Shown: in pieces, positions 9,480 to 18,358 of the stretch | Layout of the letters: every line of letters begins with the position of its first letter | Position numbering within the stretch: the first letter of the stretch is position 1 | NCBI RefSeq assembly: GCF_000017845.1 | Contig: NC_010546.1 | Location: 4,380,001-4,412,000, forward strand | DNA length: 32,000 nt | Direction: 5' to 3' | Source of the DNA: Crocosphaera subtropica ATCC 51142 | GTDB lineage: Bacteria > Cyanobacteriota > Cyanobacteriia > Cyanobacteriales > Microcystaceae | Made by a program: the position numbers and the translations under genes | Notes under the pieces: generated by a model | The model's input: the letters and a program-made list of their open reading frames with translations, nothing else | The model's database searches: none | What the model was told of the DNA's origin: nothing

Positions 9480-12209
9480 TTATTGCAGACGCTTAAGACG
9501 TTCGCGTAAAATTTCGGCTTGTTTTTCGGCTTCTGCCAAAGAATCCCTCGCCCCTTGAACAACGGCTTCGGGGGCTTTATTGACAAAACCTGGGTTGTTG
9601 AGTCGACCTGAGAGAGATTTGATTTCGGCTTCGACTTTACCTAAATTTTTCTCTAATTTTGCCCGAAGACTAGCAATATCAACGACACCAGAGAGAGGAA
9701 TGAGGGCTTGTATGGTTCCGACGACTCCAGCAACGACTTGTTCCGTTTGTTGTTCTAATTGAGATGTAATGGTTAAATTGTCGACTTTGCCTAAGTCTTG
9801 GATATATTTTCGACCCGATTCTAGGATAGTCCGTTCTTGCTCATTTTCACTCTGTAAGATCACCGAAACCTTAACTCCTGGTTTAATATCGGCTTCAGCG
9901 CGCATATTTCTCAGGGTACGGATGGTTTCAAACAGCAGGGTAAAGGAGTCTTCTAAGTCGGGGTTAATGAGGCTATTATTGACTGCTGGATAGGCTTGTA
10001 AGGCAATAAATTGATCGTTACTTTGGGTGAGGGTTTGCCAGATTTCTTCGGTAATATGGGGCATGAAAGGATGGAGTAGTTTGAGGGTGCCATCGAGGAC
10101 ATAAGCTAGAGTTTGTCTAGCAACCTCACGGGACGGGGTTTCGTCCCAAAGACGGGTTTTCACCAGTTCGATATACCAGTCACAAAAATCTCCCCAAATA
10201 AATTCATATAGCCCTTTGGCCGCTTCTCCTAAGCCATAGGCTTTGATATCGTCCCTGGTTTGTTGGACGGTTTGATGGAACCGTGAGAGTATCCAGCGAT
10301 CTGATAATTCTAGTTTATCTATTTCAGGGGTTCCTAAACTTTGGGGGGTTTCTCCTTTGAGGTGCATCATGACAAACCGGGCTGCGTTCCAAAGTTTGTT
10401 AGCGAAATTTCGGGACGCTTCTACGGATTCGGATTCGTCGGTTTTGCGATCATATTGTAAGCTAATATCTTGACCTGCACCAGCCACTTCTTTAATTAGG
10501 GTATAACGCAGGGCATCAGTCCCATATTTTTCAATTAAGATTAAAGGATCAATACCATTATTAGAAGACTTCGACATTTTTTTGCCGTTTTCGTCCCTCA
10601 CTAAGCCATGAATATAGACATCTTGGAAGGGCATTTTATCGGTAAAATAGCCAGCCATCATGGTCATTCTAGCGACCCAAAAGAAGATAATATCGAATCC
10701 TGTGACAAGGGTACTGGTGGGGTAATAGGTTTTTAAATCTTGCGTATTGTCAGGCCAGCCTAATGTTGAAAACGGCCATAAACCGGAGGAAAACCAAGTA
10801 TCTAAGACATCAGGATCTTGTTCTAATTGAATAGTATCACCATAGTCTTTTTTTGCTTTTTCTAAGGCTTCTTGTTCTGAATGCGCCACAATAAAAGGGG
10901 TGTTATCGGTAATTTCTCCATTGGTTTCACTGATAACATACCATGCCGGAATTTGGTGACCCCACCATAATTGACGAGAAATACACCAATCTTTTAGTTT
11001 AACTAACCAATCTCGATAAACTTTTTTCCAGCGTTCAGGAACAAAATTAGGAGAATTATTTTCATCTAGAAACTTTAAAGCTTTTTGGGATAAGGGATCA
11101 ATTTTGACAAACCATTGTGTGGATAATAAAGGTTCAACAGGAACTTTCCCCCTGTCACTATAAGGAACGGTATGATTATACTTTTCTGTTTTAATTAAAA
11201 AGCCATCTTCTTCTAACTTTTTAACAACATTTTTACGAGCAACATAACGATCTTGTCCTTCAAATATTCCTGCATTTTCGTTAAGTGTCCCATCTTTATT
11301 CATAATATTAATAAACGGCAGTTGATGACGGTTTCCCATCTCGAAATCATTGGGATCATGGGCAGGGGTTACTTTAACACAGCCGGTTCCAAATTCAGGA
11401 TCAACTAATTCATCAGCAAAAATAGGGATTTCTCGCCCAACAATAGGTAAAGTTATGGTTTTTCCAATCAAATTTTTGTATCTTTCGTCATTAGGATTTA
11501 CCGCTACTCCTGTATCTCCTAACATGGTTTCGGGTCGGGTGGTTGCCACTTCAACATGACCGCTACCGTCGCTTAAGGGATAACGAAAGTGCCATAAATG
11601 ACCTTCTACCTCTTTACTTTCTACTTCTAAATCTGATACCGCAGACAAAGAAGCAGGACACCAATTAACTAAATAATTACCCCGATAAATTAATCCGGCT
11701 TCGTACAGTTTCACAAAGGCAGTTCTAACGGCTTTTGATAATCCTTCATCCAGGGTAAATCTTTCCCTTGACCAGTCCGCAGACAGTCCCATTTTTTTCA
11801 ATTGATTAACAATTTTACCCCCAGATTCTTGCTTCCATTCCCAAGCTTTTTCTAAGAATTTTTCCCGTCCAATGTCATAACGGGTGATTCCTTCGGCCTT
11901 TAATTGGCGATCAAGTACAGTATGAACTGCTATACTGGCATGATCTGTTCCGGGGAGACAAAGGGTATTATAACCACACATCCGATGATACCGCACCAAC
12001 ACATCCATGAGGCAATCTTCAAACGCATGGCCCATGTGAAGACTTCCCGTAACGTTGGGGGGAGGAATGACAATACTATAGGTTTCTCCTTCCTTGCTGT
12101 TGTCTGCTTTAAAGACTTGATGGGTTTCCCATGCGTCTTGCCATTTGCTTTCTGTGGTTTTGGGGTCGTATTGGGTGGGTAGTTCGGGTATGGTTGCGGT
12201 CATGGACAA
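9480..12209 (-). CDS. valS: Valine--tRNA ligase
   Basis: 909-aa ORF with HIGH-type motif [18 protein letters not shown] motif [10 protein letters not shown] and the C-terminal coiled-coil arm typical of ValRS. Confidence 0.97.
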   Translation of the reverse strand: MSMTATIPELPTQYDPKTTESKWQDAWETHQVFKADNSKEGETYSIVIPPPNVTGSLHMGHAFEDCLMDVLVRYHRMCGYNTLCLPGTDHASIAVHTVLDRQLKAEGITRYDIGREKFLEKAWEWKQESGGKIVNQLKKMGLSADWSRERFTLDEGLSKAVRTAFVKLYEAGLIYRGNYLVNWCPASLSAVSDLEVESKEVEGHLWHFRYPLSDGSGHVEVATTRPETMLGDTGVAVNPNDERYKNLIGKTITLPIVGREIPIFADELVDPEFGTGCVKVTPAHDPNDFEMGNRHQLPFINIMNKDGTLNENAGIFEGQDRYVARKNVVKKLEEDGFLIKTEKYNHTVPYSDRGKVPVEPLLSTQWFVKIDPLSQKALKFLDENNSPNFVPERWKKVYRDWLVKLKDWCISRQLWWGHQIPAWYVISETNGEITDNTPFIVAHSEQEALEKAKKDYGDTIQLEQDPDVLDTWFSSGLWPFSTLGWPDNTQDLKTYYPTSTLVTGFDIIFFWVARMTMMAGYFTDKMPFQDVYIHGLVRDENGKKMSKSSNNGIDPLILIEKYGTDALRYTLIKEVAGAGQDISLQYDRKTDESESVEASRNFANKLWNAARFVMMHLKGETPQSLGTPEIDKLELSDRWILSRFHQTVQQTRDDIKAYGLGEAAKGLYEFIWGDFCDWYIELVKTRLWDETPSREVARQTLAYVLDGTLKLLHPFMPHITEEIWQTLTQSNDQFIALQAYPAVNNSLINPDLEDSFTLLFETIRTLRNMRAEADIKPGVKVSVILQSENEQERTILESGRKYIQDLGKVDNLTITSQLEQQTEQVVAGVVGTIQALIPLSGVVDIASLRAKLEKNLGKVEAEIKSLSGRLNNPGFVNKAPEAVVQGARDSLAEAEKQAEILRERLKRLQ

Positions 12210-12393
12210 TAAAAAGTGGGTGTGTTAATAGTTATCCTTGTTAAATTGTGCCATATCATCGGGGTTATGTTGAATTTAGAATGTTGAATTTAAAATTTAG
12301 AATTGAAATAGTTGATTAATATGAGTGTAATTAGTTTTAGTTATGCCATAATTATCAATAGAGTGAAGCTGAAAGATAGAGGGTTTAATAATT

Positions 12394-12855
12394 ATGACAC
12401 CGAATGTAAATATAGATAAGGCAACTCTGTATGAAGAGGATTTTTGTTTATGGTTAGAAACAACAGCAGAGTTATTAAAAAATCGTCAACTTGAGAACTT
12501 AGATTATGATAATTTAATTGAAGAAATAGAAACAATGGGAAGAAGTGAAAGAAACTCCCTCAAAAGTAATCTAGTTGTGGTCTTAATGCACTTATTGAAG
12601 TATAAATATCAACCTCAAAAACGTTCAAAAAGTTGGTTATCTTCTATTTTTGAACATCGCCGTCGTTTAATTGAAGCATTCAAAACGAGTCCAAGTTTAA
12701 AACGTTATTATCAGAAGGTTTTTGATGAATGTTATCAATATGCAGTGAGACAAGCCAGTATAGAAACAGGTTTACCGCTTGAAAAATTTCCCAATACAAG
12801 TCCTTTTACCACAGAAGAAACTATAGATTTTGATTTCTTACCACAGGATAATTAA
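12394..12855 (+). CDS. DUF29 family protein
   Basis: 153-aa ORF matching the DUF29 pattern throughout (LYEEDFCLW..., NLIEEIETMGRSERNSL, LLKYKYQPQKRSKSW, ETGLPLEKFP...DFDFLP). Confidence 0.8.
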   Translation: MTPNVNIDKATLYEEDFCLWLETTAELLKNRQLENLDYDNLIEEIETMGRSERNSLKSNLVVVLMHLLKYKYQPQKRSKSWLSSIFEHRRRLIEAFKTSPSLKRYYQKVFDECYQYAVRQASIETGLPLEKFPNTSPFTTEETIDFDFLPQDN

Positions 12856-12960
12856 TTTTGACAGTGTAACTACTTAAGTATCAAAATGCGTATTTTCTCT
12901 GTGTTGATTTTGACTAGATTATGACATTATGGAAAATAATTAAATTATTCGGTAATTCAA

Positions 12961-13500
12961 ATGTTAAATAGTTCTTTATCTCCTGCACAGGCTAAGATCG
13001 ATTTAACTTTGTGGCAAGTAGAAGCTGATTCTATATCCAGTAATGAATTATATGTTTGGTTAGTTGATAGTGGATTACCTAGTGATGTCGCTTGTCGATT
13101 ACATGAACTGATTAGCTTTACAAAAAGAGTCGGTAATAAAATCTTTAATATTGGCAAAATAGTCCTAATCAAGATTATTGACTTCGTAAAAGCTCATCCT
13201 TTTTTAGTTGCAGGAATGGGAATAGGTGCTGTTATCGGACAAGCAATAGCAACTTTAATAGTCCCAATTCCTTTTCTTGGTCAGTTATTGGCCCCAATAG
13301 CAGCAGTATTAGGAATCACTATTACATTAACTGGTGCAGTAATTGGTAATCGTTTAGATAAAAGATTTTCAGGAGTTGGGGATGATAAAGAATCTTCTTT
13401 GATGGAACTTTTACAGTTAATTGATGCTGTCAAAAATGGACAATTATCAGTTACAGAGGCTTATAAATTAGTAGAAAACCTACTAAAAAAGACTGATTAA
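12961..13500 (+). CDS. Hypothetical membrane protein (two glycine-zipper-like TM helices)
   Basis: 179-aa ORF with a soluble N-domain. The hydrophobic core is HPFLVAGMGIGAVIGQAIATLIVPIPFLGQLLAPIAAVLGITITLTGAVIG, followed by a short helical C-tail. I recognise no family. Confidence 0.55.
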   Translation: MLNSSLSPAQAKIDLTLWQVEADSISSNELYVWLVDSGLPSDVACRLHELISFTKRVGNKIFNIGKIVLIKIIDFVKAHPFLVAGMGIGAVIGQAIATLIVPIPFLGQLLAPIAAVLGITITLTGAVIGNRLDKRFSGVGDDKESSLMELLQLIDAVKNGQLSVTEAYKLVENLLKKTD

Positions 13501-13548
13501 ATATTAAGTTTTTTTAGAATTATTGTACTATAATCGCTTGATGTTTTA

Positions 13549-13803
13549 TCAATAATGATATCGACATTGAGCGATCAGAATTTCATTATTTTCTACAGCA
13601 TAAACTAAACGATGTTCTTGATCAATACGACGTGACCAAAACCCAGACCAATTATATTTTAACGGTTCAGGGTTCCCCAGTCCATCAAAAGGATCACGTT
13701 TAATGTCTTCAATTAATTTATTGATACGTTTGATTATTTTTTTATCGGTTTGTTGCCAATATAAATAATCTTCCCAACCTTGTTCTGACCATTTTAAAAT
13801 CAT
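13549..13803 (-). CDS. yoeB: Type II toxin, YoeB/Txe family mRNA interferase (pair 1)
   Basis: 84-aa ORF. N-terminus MILKWSEQGWEDYLYWQ and C-terminus RIDQEHRLVY...CRYHY are canonical YoeB. The start overlaps the antitoxin stop by 4 nt (ATGA). Confidence 0.9.
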   Translation of the reverse strand: MILKWSEQGWEDYLYWQQTDKKIIKRINKLIEDIKRDPFDGLGNPEPLKYNWSGFWSRRIDQEHRLVYAVENNEILIAQCRYHY

Positions 13804-14006
13804 TCTTCAATTAAGTCTCTTTCTATTCCTTGTCCATTTCTTAGTTCTTGTATTGCTGTGTTTAATCTTTCTGCATTTTTCGGACTTTTTAATAAATAAG
13901 CGGTTTCTTTTTCTGATTCTATCTCACGCCATATTTCAATAGGAACAATAACCGCAACGGTTTGTCCTTGTTCGTTTGATACATACTGAATATCGGTTAA
14001 GTTCAT
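13800..14006 (-). CDS. yefM: Type II antitoxin, compact Phd/YefM family (pair 1)
   Basis: 68-aa ORF directly upstream of the YoeB gene. It has a YefM-type tail: ETAYLLKSPKNAERLNTAIQELRNGQGIERDLIEE. Confidence 0.85.
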   Translation of the reverse strand: MNLTDIQYVSNEQGQTVAVIVPIEIWREIESEKETAYLLKSPKNAERLNTAIQELRNGQGIERDLIEE

Positions 14007-14044
14007 GGCTTATTAATACTTTGATTCTATCACTTTGTATTTTA

Positions 14045-14302
14045 TCAATAATGATATCGACAAGCAAGAATTCTGATCTTATGATCTAAAACTTGGTAAA
14101 CTAAACGGTGTTCTTGATTAATTCTTCTTGACCAACAACCTGATAAATCATGTTTTAATTTTTCAGGTTTGCTAATACCTTCAAAGGGGTTACGTTGGAC
14201 TTCTTGTATAAGTTTCATAATCTTTAAAGCTTGTTTACGATCATGTTTAACCCACCAAGCTAAGTCTTCAAAAGCATCAGCATCAAATTCCAAGTTTTTC
14301 AC
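14045..14302 (-). CDS. Type II toxin, YoeB/Txe family (pair 2, divergent paralogue)
   Basis: 85-aa ORF with RINQEHRLVY...CRYHY at the C-terminus. The start overlaps the upstream antitoxin ORF by 20 nt. Confidence 0.85.
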   Translation of the reverse strand: MKNLEFDADAFEDLAWWVKHDRKQALKIMKLIQEVQRNPFEGISKPEKLKHDLSGCWSRRINQEHRLVYQVLDHKIRILACRYHY

Positions 14303-14492
14303 AGACTTCCTCTAATGTTATACCATCTTGACGGTTTTTAGCTTCTAAAAGACGCTGTTTCATCTTTGGACTTTTCAATAAGTAAGCGGTTTCTTTTTCT
14401 GATTCTATCTCACGCCATACTTCAATAGGAACAATAACCGCAACGGTTTGTCCTTGTTCGTCTGATACATACTGAATATTATTTGAGTTCAT
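14283..14492 (-). CDS. Type II antitoxin, Phd/YefM family (pair 2)
   Basis: 69-aa ORF. The first ~43 residues are nearly identical to the pair-1 antitoxin. The tail differs (MKQRLLEAKNRQDGITLEEVCEKLGI). Confidence 0.85.
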   Translation of the reverse strand: MNSNNIQYVSDEQGQTVAVIVPIEVWREIESEKETAYLLKSPKMKQRLLEAKNRQDGITLEEVCEKLGI

Positions 14493-14529
14493 TGGTATTT
14501 AAGAGATGTGATAACTTCTTCTCTGGACT

Positions 14530-14535
14530 ATTATA
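14530..14535 (-). promoter_or_regulatory. Perfect -10 hexamer (TATAAT on minus strand) upstream of TA pair 2
   Basis: Plus-strand ATTATA at 14530..14535, 38 nt upstream of the antitoxin ATG (14492). The -35 region is weak (TGGAGT). Confidence 0.3.
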
Positions 14536-14647
14536 AAGCGATCGCCTGAAAGACTCCAATGGGGAAAAGTCTCATTGATACAAAAATCCCCTTATGATAG
14601 TAGAGTAAAGTATTCTCTAGTTTCTCAACCCAATCTGGTATGATTCT

Positions 14648-15694
14648 ATGCGTCTCACCATTCAACCTTTTACGGTTCATAAACGTTTTCCTTTAACTAT
14701 CAGTCGAGGAACCACAGCAAAAAATACTAATTTATGGATAAAAATAGAATCAGAAGGGATAGAAGGATGGGGAGAAGCCTCTCCTTTTTCTGTAGTCAAA
14801 GAAAGTAAAATAAATAGTGTTCAATTACAACAAGAATTAACTCGAATTATTCCTGAGTTAGAAAAATTTAATCCTTTACAAAGACAAGAAATAGAAACCG
14901 TTTTATTAGAAAATAATATTAAGTCTTCTCTTCGGGCTGCTATTGACACTGCTTTGTATGATTGGTTAGGAAAAAAGGTCAATTTACCCCTATGGAAACT
15001 GTGGGGATTAAAAGGCGATCGCTTGTTTTCTATTTCTGTTACCATTGGAATTAGTTCTCCAGATAAAGCAGTCGAAAGAGTGAGAAACTGGCTTAATTTT
15101 ATGGAGGTTAAACTCTTAAAAATTAAGTTAGGATCTCCAGAGGGAATAGAAGCGGATAAAGCGATGATTTTAGCCATTCGCCAAGAAACTCCCCATCTTC
15201 CTTTAACGGTGGATGCTAATGGAGGATGGACATTAAAAGAAGCAATTTTGATGAGTGACTGGTTAGAAAAACAAAATGTTAAATATATAGAACAACCGTT
15301 AAATGTAGGGTATGAAGAAAATTTACCTCGTTTATATGAGCGATCGCCTTTACCGATTTTTGTCGATGAAAGTTGTTTTAATAGTGAAGATATTATCAAA
15401 CTTTCTCCTTCCATTCATGGCATTAATATTAAACTGATGAAAGCAGGGGGAATAACTGAAGTGATGCGAATGATTTCTATCGCCAAAGCCTGTAAACTAC
15501 AGATTATGTATGGTTGTTATTCGGATAGTAGTTTAGCCAATACTGCTATGACTCATTTAGCGACTTATGCTAATTATTTAGACCTAGATAGTCATTTAAA
15601 CTTAATTGATGATCCCTTTCAAGGAGTAACCCTAAAAGACGGAAAATTAATGCTCAGTGATTTACCAGGATTAGGGGTAAACTGTAATCAGTAG
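14648..15694 (+). CDS. Enolase-superfamily dipeptide epimerase (L-Ala-D/L-Glu epimerase / MLE subgroup)
   Basis: 348-aa ORF. MLE-subgroup residues are in context: KIKLG (KxK), DANGGW, IEQP, VDES and IKLMKAGG. Confidence 0.8.
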   Translation: MRLTIQPFTVHKRFPLTISRGTTAKNTNLWIKIESEGIEGWGEASPFSVVKESKINSVQLQQELTRIIPELEKFNPLQRQEIETVLLENNIKSSLRAAIDTALYDWLGKKVNLPLWKLWGLKGDRLFSISVTIGISSPDKAVERVRNWLNFMEVKLLKIKLGSPEGIEADKAMILAIRQETPHLPLTVDANGGWTLKEAILMSDWLEKQNVKYIEQPLNVGYEENLPRLYERSPLPIFVDESCFNSEDIIKLSPSIHGINIKLMKAGGITEVMRMISIAKACKLQIMYGCYSDSSLANTAMTHLATYANYLDLDSHLNLIDDPFQGVTLKDGKLMLSDLPGLGVNCNQ

Positions 15695-15731
15695 TCAAAA
15701 AAAAGTATTTGTTATCATGATTTAGCAAAGA

Positions 15732-16538
15732 GTGAAAATGGTTGAATTATATCCTGTCAATTTTAGATTTTATGGTTCGTTAAATGATTTTTTACCGACT
15801 CAGCAAAAACAACAATCTTTTACTTATTGGGTAAAAGGAAATCCTTCTATTAAAGATACCATTGAAGCAGTTGGAATTCCTCATCCTGAAGTTGAATTAA
15901 TATTAAATAATGGCAATATCATCGATTTTTCTTACGGGATCAAAAAAGAGGATTATATTACTGTATATCCTCATTTTTTCTCTTTACCTATCAACCAAGA
16001 AACATTACGAGAAACTTTAGAAATAAAACGATTTATCTTAGATGTTCATTTAGGCAAATTAGCCAAACAGATGAGATTATTAGGCTTTGATGTCATTTAT
16101 GAAAATAATTATTCTGATGAAACTCTAGCAGACATTTCTCATCAACAACAACGTTATTTATTGACTCGTGATATTGCTTTATTGAAACGTTCTAAAGTAA
16201 TTTATGGTTATTGGGTACGGGGCAAAAAGACCGAATCACAATTAATTGAAGTTCTCAATCGATTTGAATTATACTCAGAAATAACGCCTTTTAAACGTTG
16301 TATGCGATGTAATGGTTTAATTACTCCAGTGCATAAAGAAAACATAAAAGAACAGTTAGAACCGTTAACACAAGAACATTATCATGAATTCTATCAATGT
16401 ACTGAATGTGAACAAGTTTATTGGAAAGGTTCCCATTATCCTAAATTAGAGAAATTTATTAGCAAACTAACATCTCGCACCTCTGAGAACGTGAGTTCGG
16501 TGTTAGGAGTTCGGCGGTCGGAGTTAGAATTTTTTTAA
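15732..16538 (+). CDS. Mut7-C RNase-domain protein with N-terminal ubiquitin-like (Ub-Mut7C) domain and C-terminal zinc ribbon
   Basis: 268-aa ORF with a GTG start (alternative ATG at 15738). Beta-grasp-like N-terminus (FRFYGSLNDFL...ITVYP), PIN-like core (FILDVHLGKLAKQMRLLGFD, LLTRD) and CMRCNG...CTECEQVYWKGSHY. Confidence 0.8.
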   Translation: MKMVELYPVNFRFYGSLNDFLPTQQKQQSFTYWVKGNPSIKDTIEAVGIPHPEVELILNNGNIIDFSYGIKKEDYITVYPHFFSLPINQETLRETLEIKRFILDVHLGKLAKQMRLLGFDVIYENNYSDETLADISHQQQRYLLTRDIALLKRSKVIYGYWVRGKKTESQLIEVLNRFELYSEITPFKRCMRCNGLITPVHKENIKEQLEPLTQEHYHEFYQCTECEQVYWKGSHYPKLEKFISKLTSRTSENVSSVLGVRRSELEFF

Positions 16539-16617
16539 CGAGGAAATCTGGGTTTGAGACTTCTTGTTGGTTGTCAGTTTTCCATAGATTCTCTTCCGTC
16601 GAACTCAGGTTCTGAGA
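16482..16617. repeat. 19-nt imperfect inverted repeat flanking ~98 nt (MITE-like element or long 3' hairpin)
   Basis: tctgagaacgtgagttcgg (16482..16500) matches the reverse complement of tcgaactcaggttctgaga (16599..16617) at 16 of 19 positions. Internal 14-nt-period repeats: GAGTTCGG at 16493 and 16507, GAGTTAG at 16521. Confidence 0.35.
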
Positions 16618-16694
16618 AAACTAGCTAGTTAGAATAGGGAACGGAATTTTACCTTTAAAAAGTAGCAATCTATTGGAGATGGTGATAATCTTTG

Positions 16695-17582
16695 TTATTG
16701 CAACAAAGGCAACAATAAAGTAACAAAATAATAGACTAATGGGGCAGTAAAAACATAACTATCTGTTCGATCTAAAATACCGCCGTGTCCAGGAATTAAT
16801 TGACCCGAATCTTTAACTCCGGCATCCCGTTTCATCATTGATTCAGTCAGATCACCCAATAAACTAACAATACCAATTAATACCCCTAAAATCATTCCGG
16901 TCACATACCAATAGGGCCATTCTAAATACCAAGCCCCGATTTCTCCAATGAGAATACTTCCCAACAACCCGAAAAACGCCCCTTCCACTGTTTTTTTAGG
17001 GCTAATATCAGATAAGCGGGTTCTCCCTAACCATTTCCCCATAATATAAGCCCCGATATCGGCAGCCCAAATACAACCAAAGGCTAAACAGGTGACAGTT
17101 AAAGCTGGCGGAAATAATTTCGGTTCGTTCCAAGACTCAGGCCAGTAACCCATAAGGGGTAAATTAATACTGGCGACATTAACGGTAGGGGCAGTATGGG
17201 CAAAACCTACCCGTAATCTTACCCAATAACTGGGTAAATATCCGCCATAAAATAACCCTAATACTGAGGTAGAAATATCGGCGATGGTGGCTGGTTTGGG
17301 TTGAAATAAGAGGTAAAAACAAATTAACGCCCCCGTTAAGGGGAATAAAGCATCCGTTAGGGGTGAGGCGATCGCCGAACTGATCAGGAGTATTTGAGAG
17401 ACGACTAGAGTTGTTTTAGCGGCAGGGGCGATCCCTTTGGCCCGAACTAATTGAAAATACTCCAGTTGTCCTAAAAAAACGATCACACAAAGTCCGAGGG
17501 TGAAGTACCATCCCCCAATAATTAACATCCCTAAGGCAAAGACAATGGCGACAATGGCCGTGATAATTCGAGTCCAAGGCAT
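16695..17582 (-). CDS. cdsA: Phosphatidate cytidylyltransferase (CDP-diglyceride synthase)
   Basis: 295-aa polytopic ORF with the CdsA signature SMMKRDAGVKDSGQLIPGHGGILDRTDS. Confidence 0.92.
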   Translation of the reverse strand: MPWTRIITAIVAIVFALGMLIIGGWYFTLGLCVIVFLGQLEYFQLVRAKGIAPAAKTTLVVSQILLISSAIASPLTDALFPLTGALICFYLLFQPKPATIADISTSVLGLFYGGYLPSYWVRLRVGFAHTAPTVNVASINLPLMGYWPESWNEPKLFPPALTVTCLAFGCIWAADIGAYIMGKWLGRTRLSDISPKKTVEGAFFGLLGSILIGEIGAWYLEWPYWYVTGMILGVLIGIVSLLGDLTESMMKRDAGVKDSGQLIPGHGGILDRTDSYVFTAPLVYYFVTLLLPLLQ

Positions 17583-17725
17583 AACAGTAGAAAAAGATTA
17601 AGGTGAGGAGTCACAAGGCAACAACATTAAGGATTCCTTATGAAAGGTTAACAAATTTCTTGCCCTTTATTCTAGGAATTTCCTGGAATTTATTGTAATT
17701 GCCCCTTTTATTAGAGTACAAAAGG

Positions 17726-18316
17726 TTAAAATTTTTCACCACTGAGAATAAAAATGGGATCGACGGCCGCTAGGGTTTGATAGAGTCCTTTGGTTTCTAG
17801 GCGGTTCACCCCCCCTTGAACCACCTCTATATTCCGTGCTTGTAGGGCTGCTAACCCCTCTGAAATAAGATAAAGGTTTTCTAGGTTAGAAGCAGTGGCC
17901 ACTAGCCGTCCTTCGGGCTTTAATCGTTGCCAAACTTCCGTTAAAATCTCCTTGATGGGTCGTCCTCCTTCGAGGCAAATGCGATCGGGCAAGGGTTCTA
18001 GTTGGTTAAGACATTCCGGTGCCTGCCCTGCCAGTATTTTTACGTTTTGTACCCCAAAGCGATCGCAGTTACGACGAATAAGATTAACGACATCTTCATC
18101 TCGTTCAACGGCAATGATTTGACTCTTGGGGCATAATAAGCCTACTTCAACGGGAATGGTTCCTGTTCCTGCCCCAATATCCCACACCACCGAGTCTTGT
18201 TTCAATCTTAAGGCTGAAATGAGCAGTAAACGGACTTCTCGTTTACTGAGGGGAATTCCTGGAAACCGCTCAAAAAGATCGTCGGGAATACCAGGAGTTT
18301 TATAGGGCCAGAGCAT
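17726..18316 (-). CDS. cbiT: Precorrin-6Y C5,15-methyltransferase (decarboxylating), CbiT subunit
   Basis: 196-aa ORF with SAM motif VWDIGAGTGTIPVE and CbiT-like length and N-terminus (GIPDDLFER..GIPLSKREVR). Confidence 0.85.
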   Translation of the reverse strand: MLWPYKTPGIPDDLFERFPGIPLSKREVRLLLISALRLKQDSVVWDIGAGTGTIPVEVGLLCPKSQIIAVERDEDVVNLIRRNCDRFGVQNVKILAGQAPECLNQLEPLPDRICLEGGRPIKEILTEVWQRLKPEGRLVATASNLENLYLISEGLAALQARNIEVVQGGVNRLETKGLYQTLAAVDPIFILSGEKF

Positions 18317-18358
18317 AATAATACAACCTTTTGGTAGTTTAATTTTTATTTTAATTCT

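Noticed and set aside
12957-13172. A 71-aa minus-strand ORF overlapping the start of the 179-aa membrane-protein gene.
   Set aside because: It is antisense to a longer ORF with coherent domain structure. It has no motifs, and its start lies in the spacer without any signals.
14821-15414. A 197-aa minus-strand ORF inside the epimerase gene.
   Set aside because: It is antisense to an ORF that has all the enolase-superfamily catalytic motifs. Its translation is Ser/Leu/Ile-rich with no recognisable domain.
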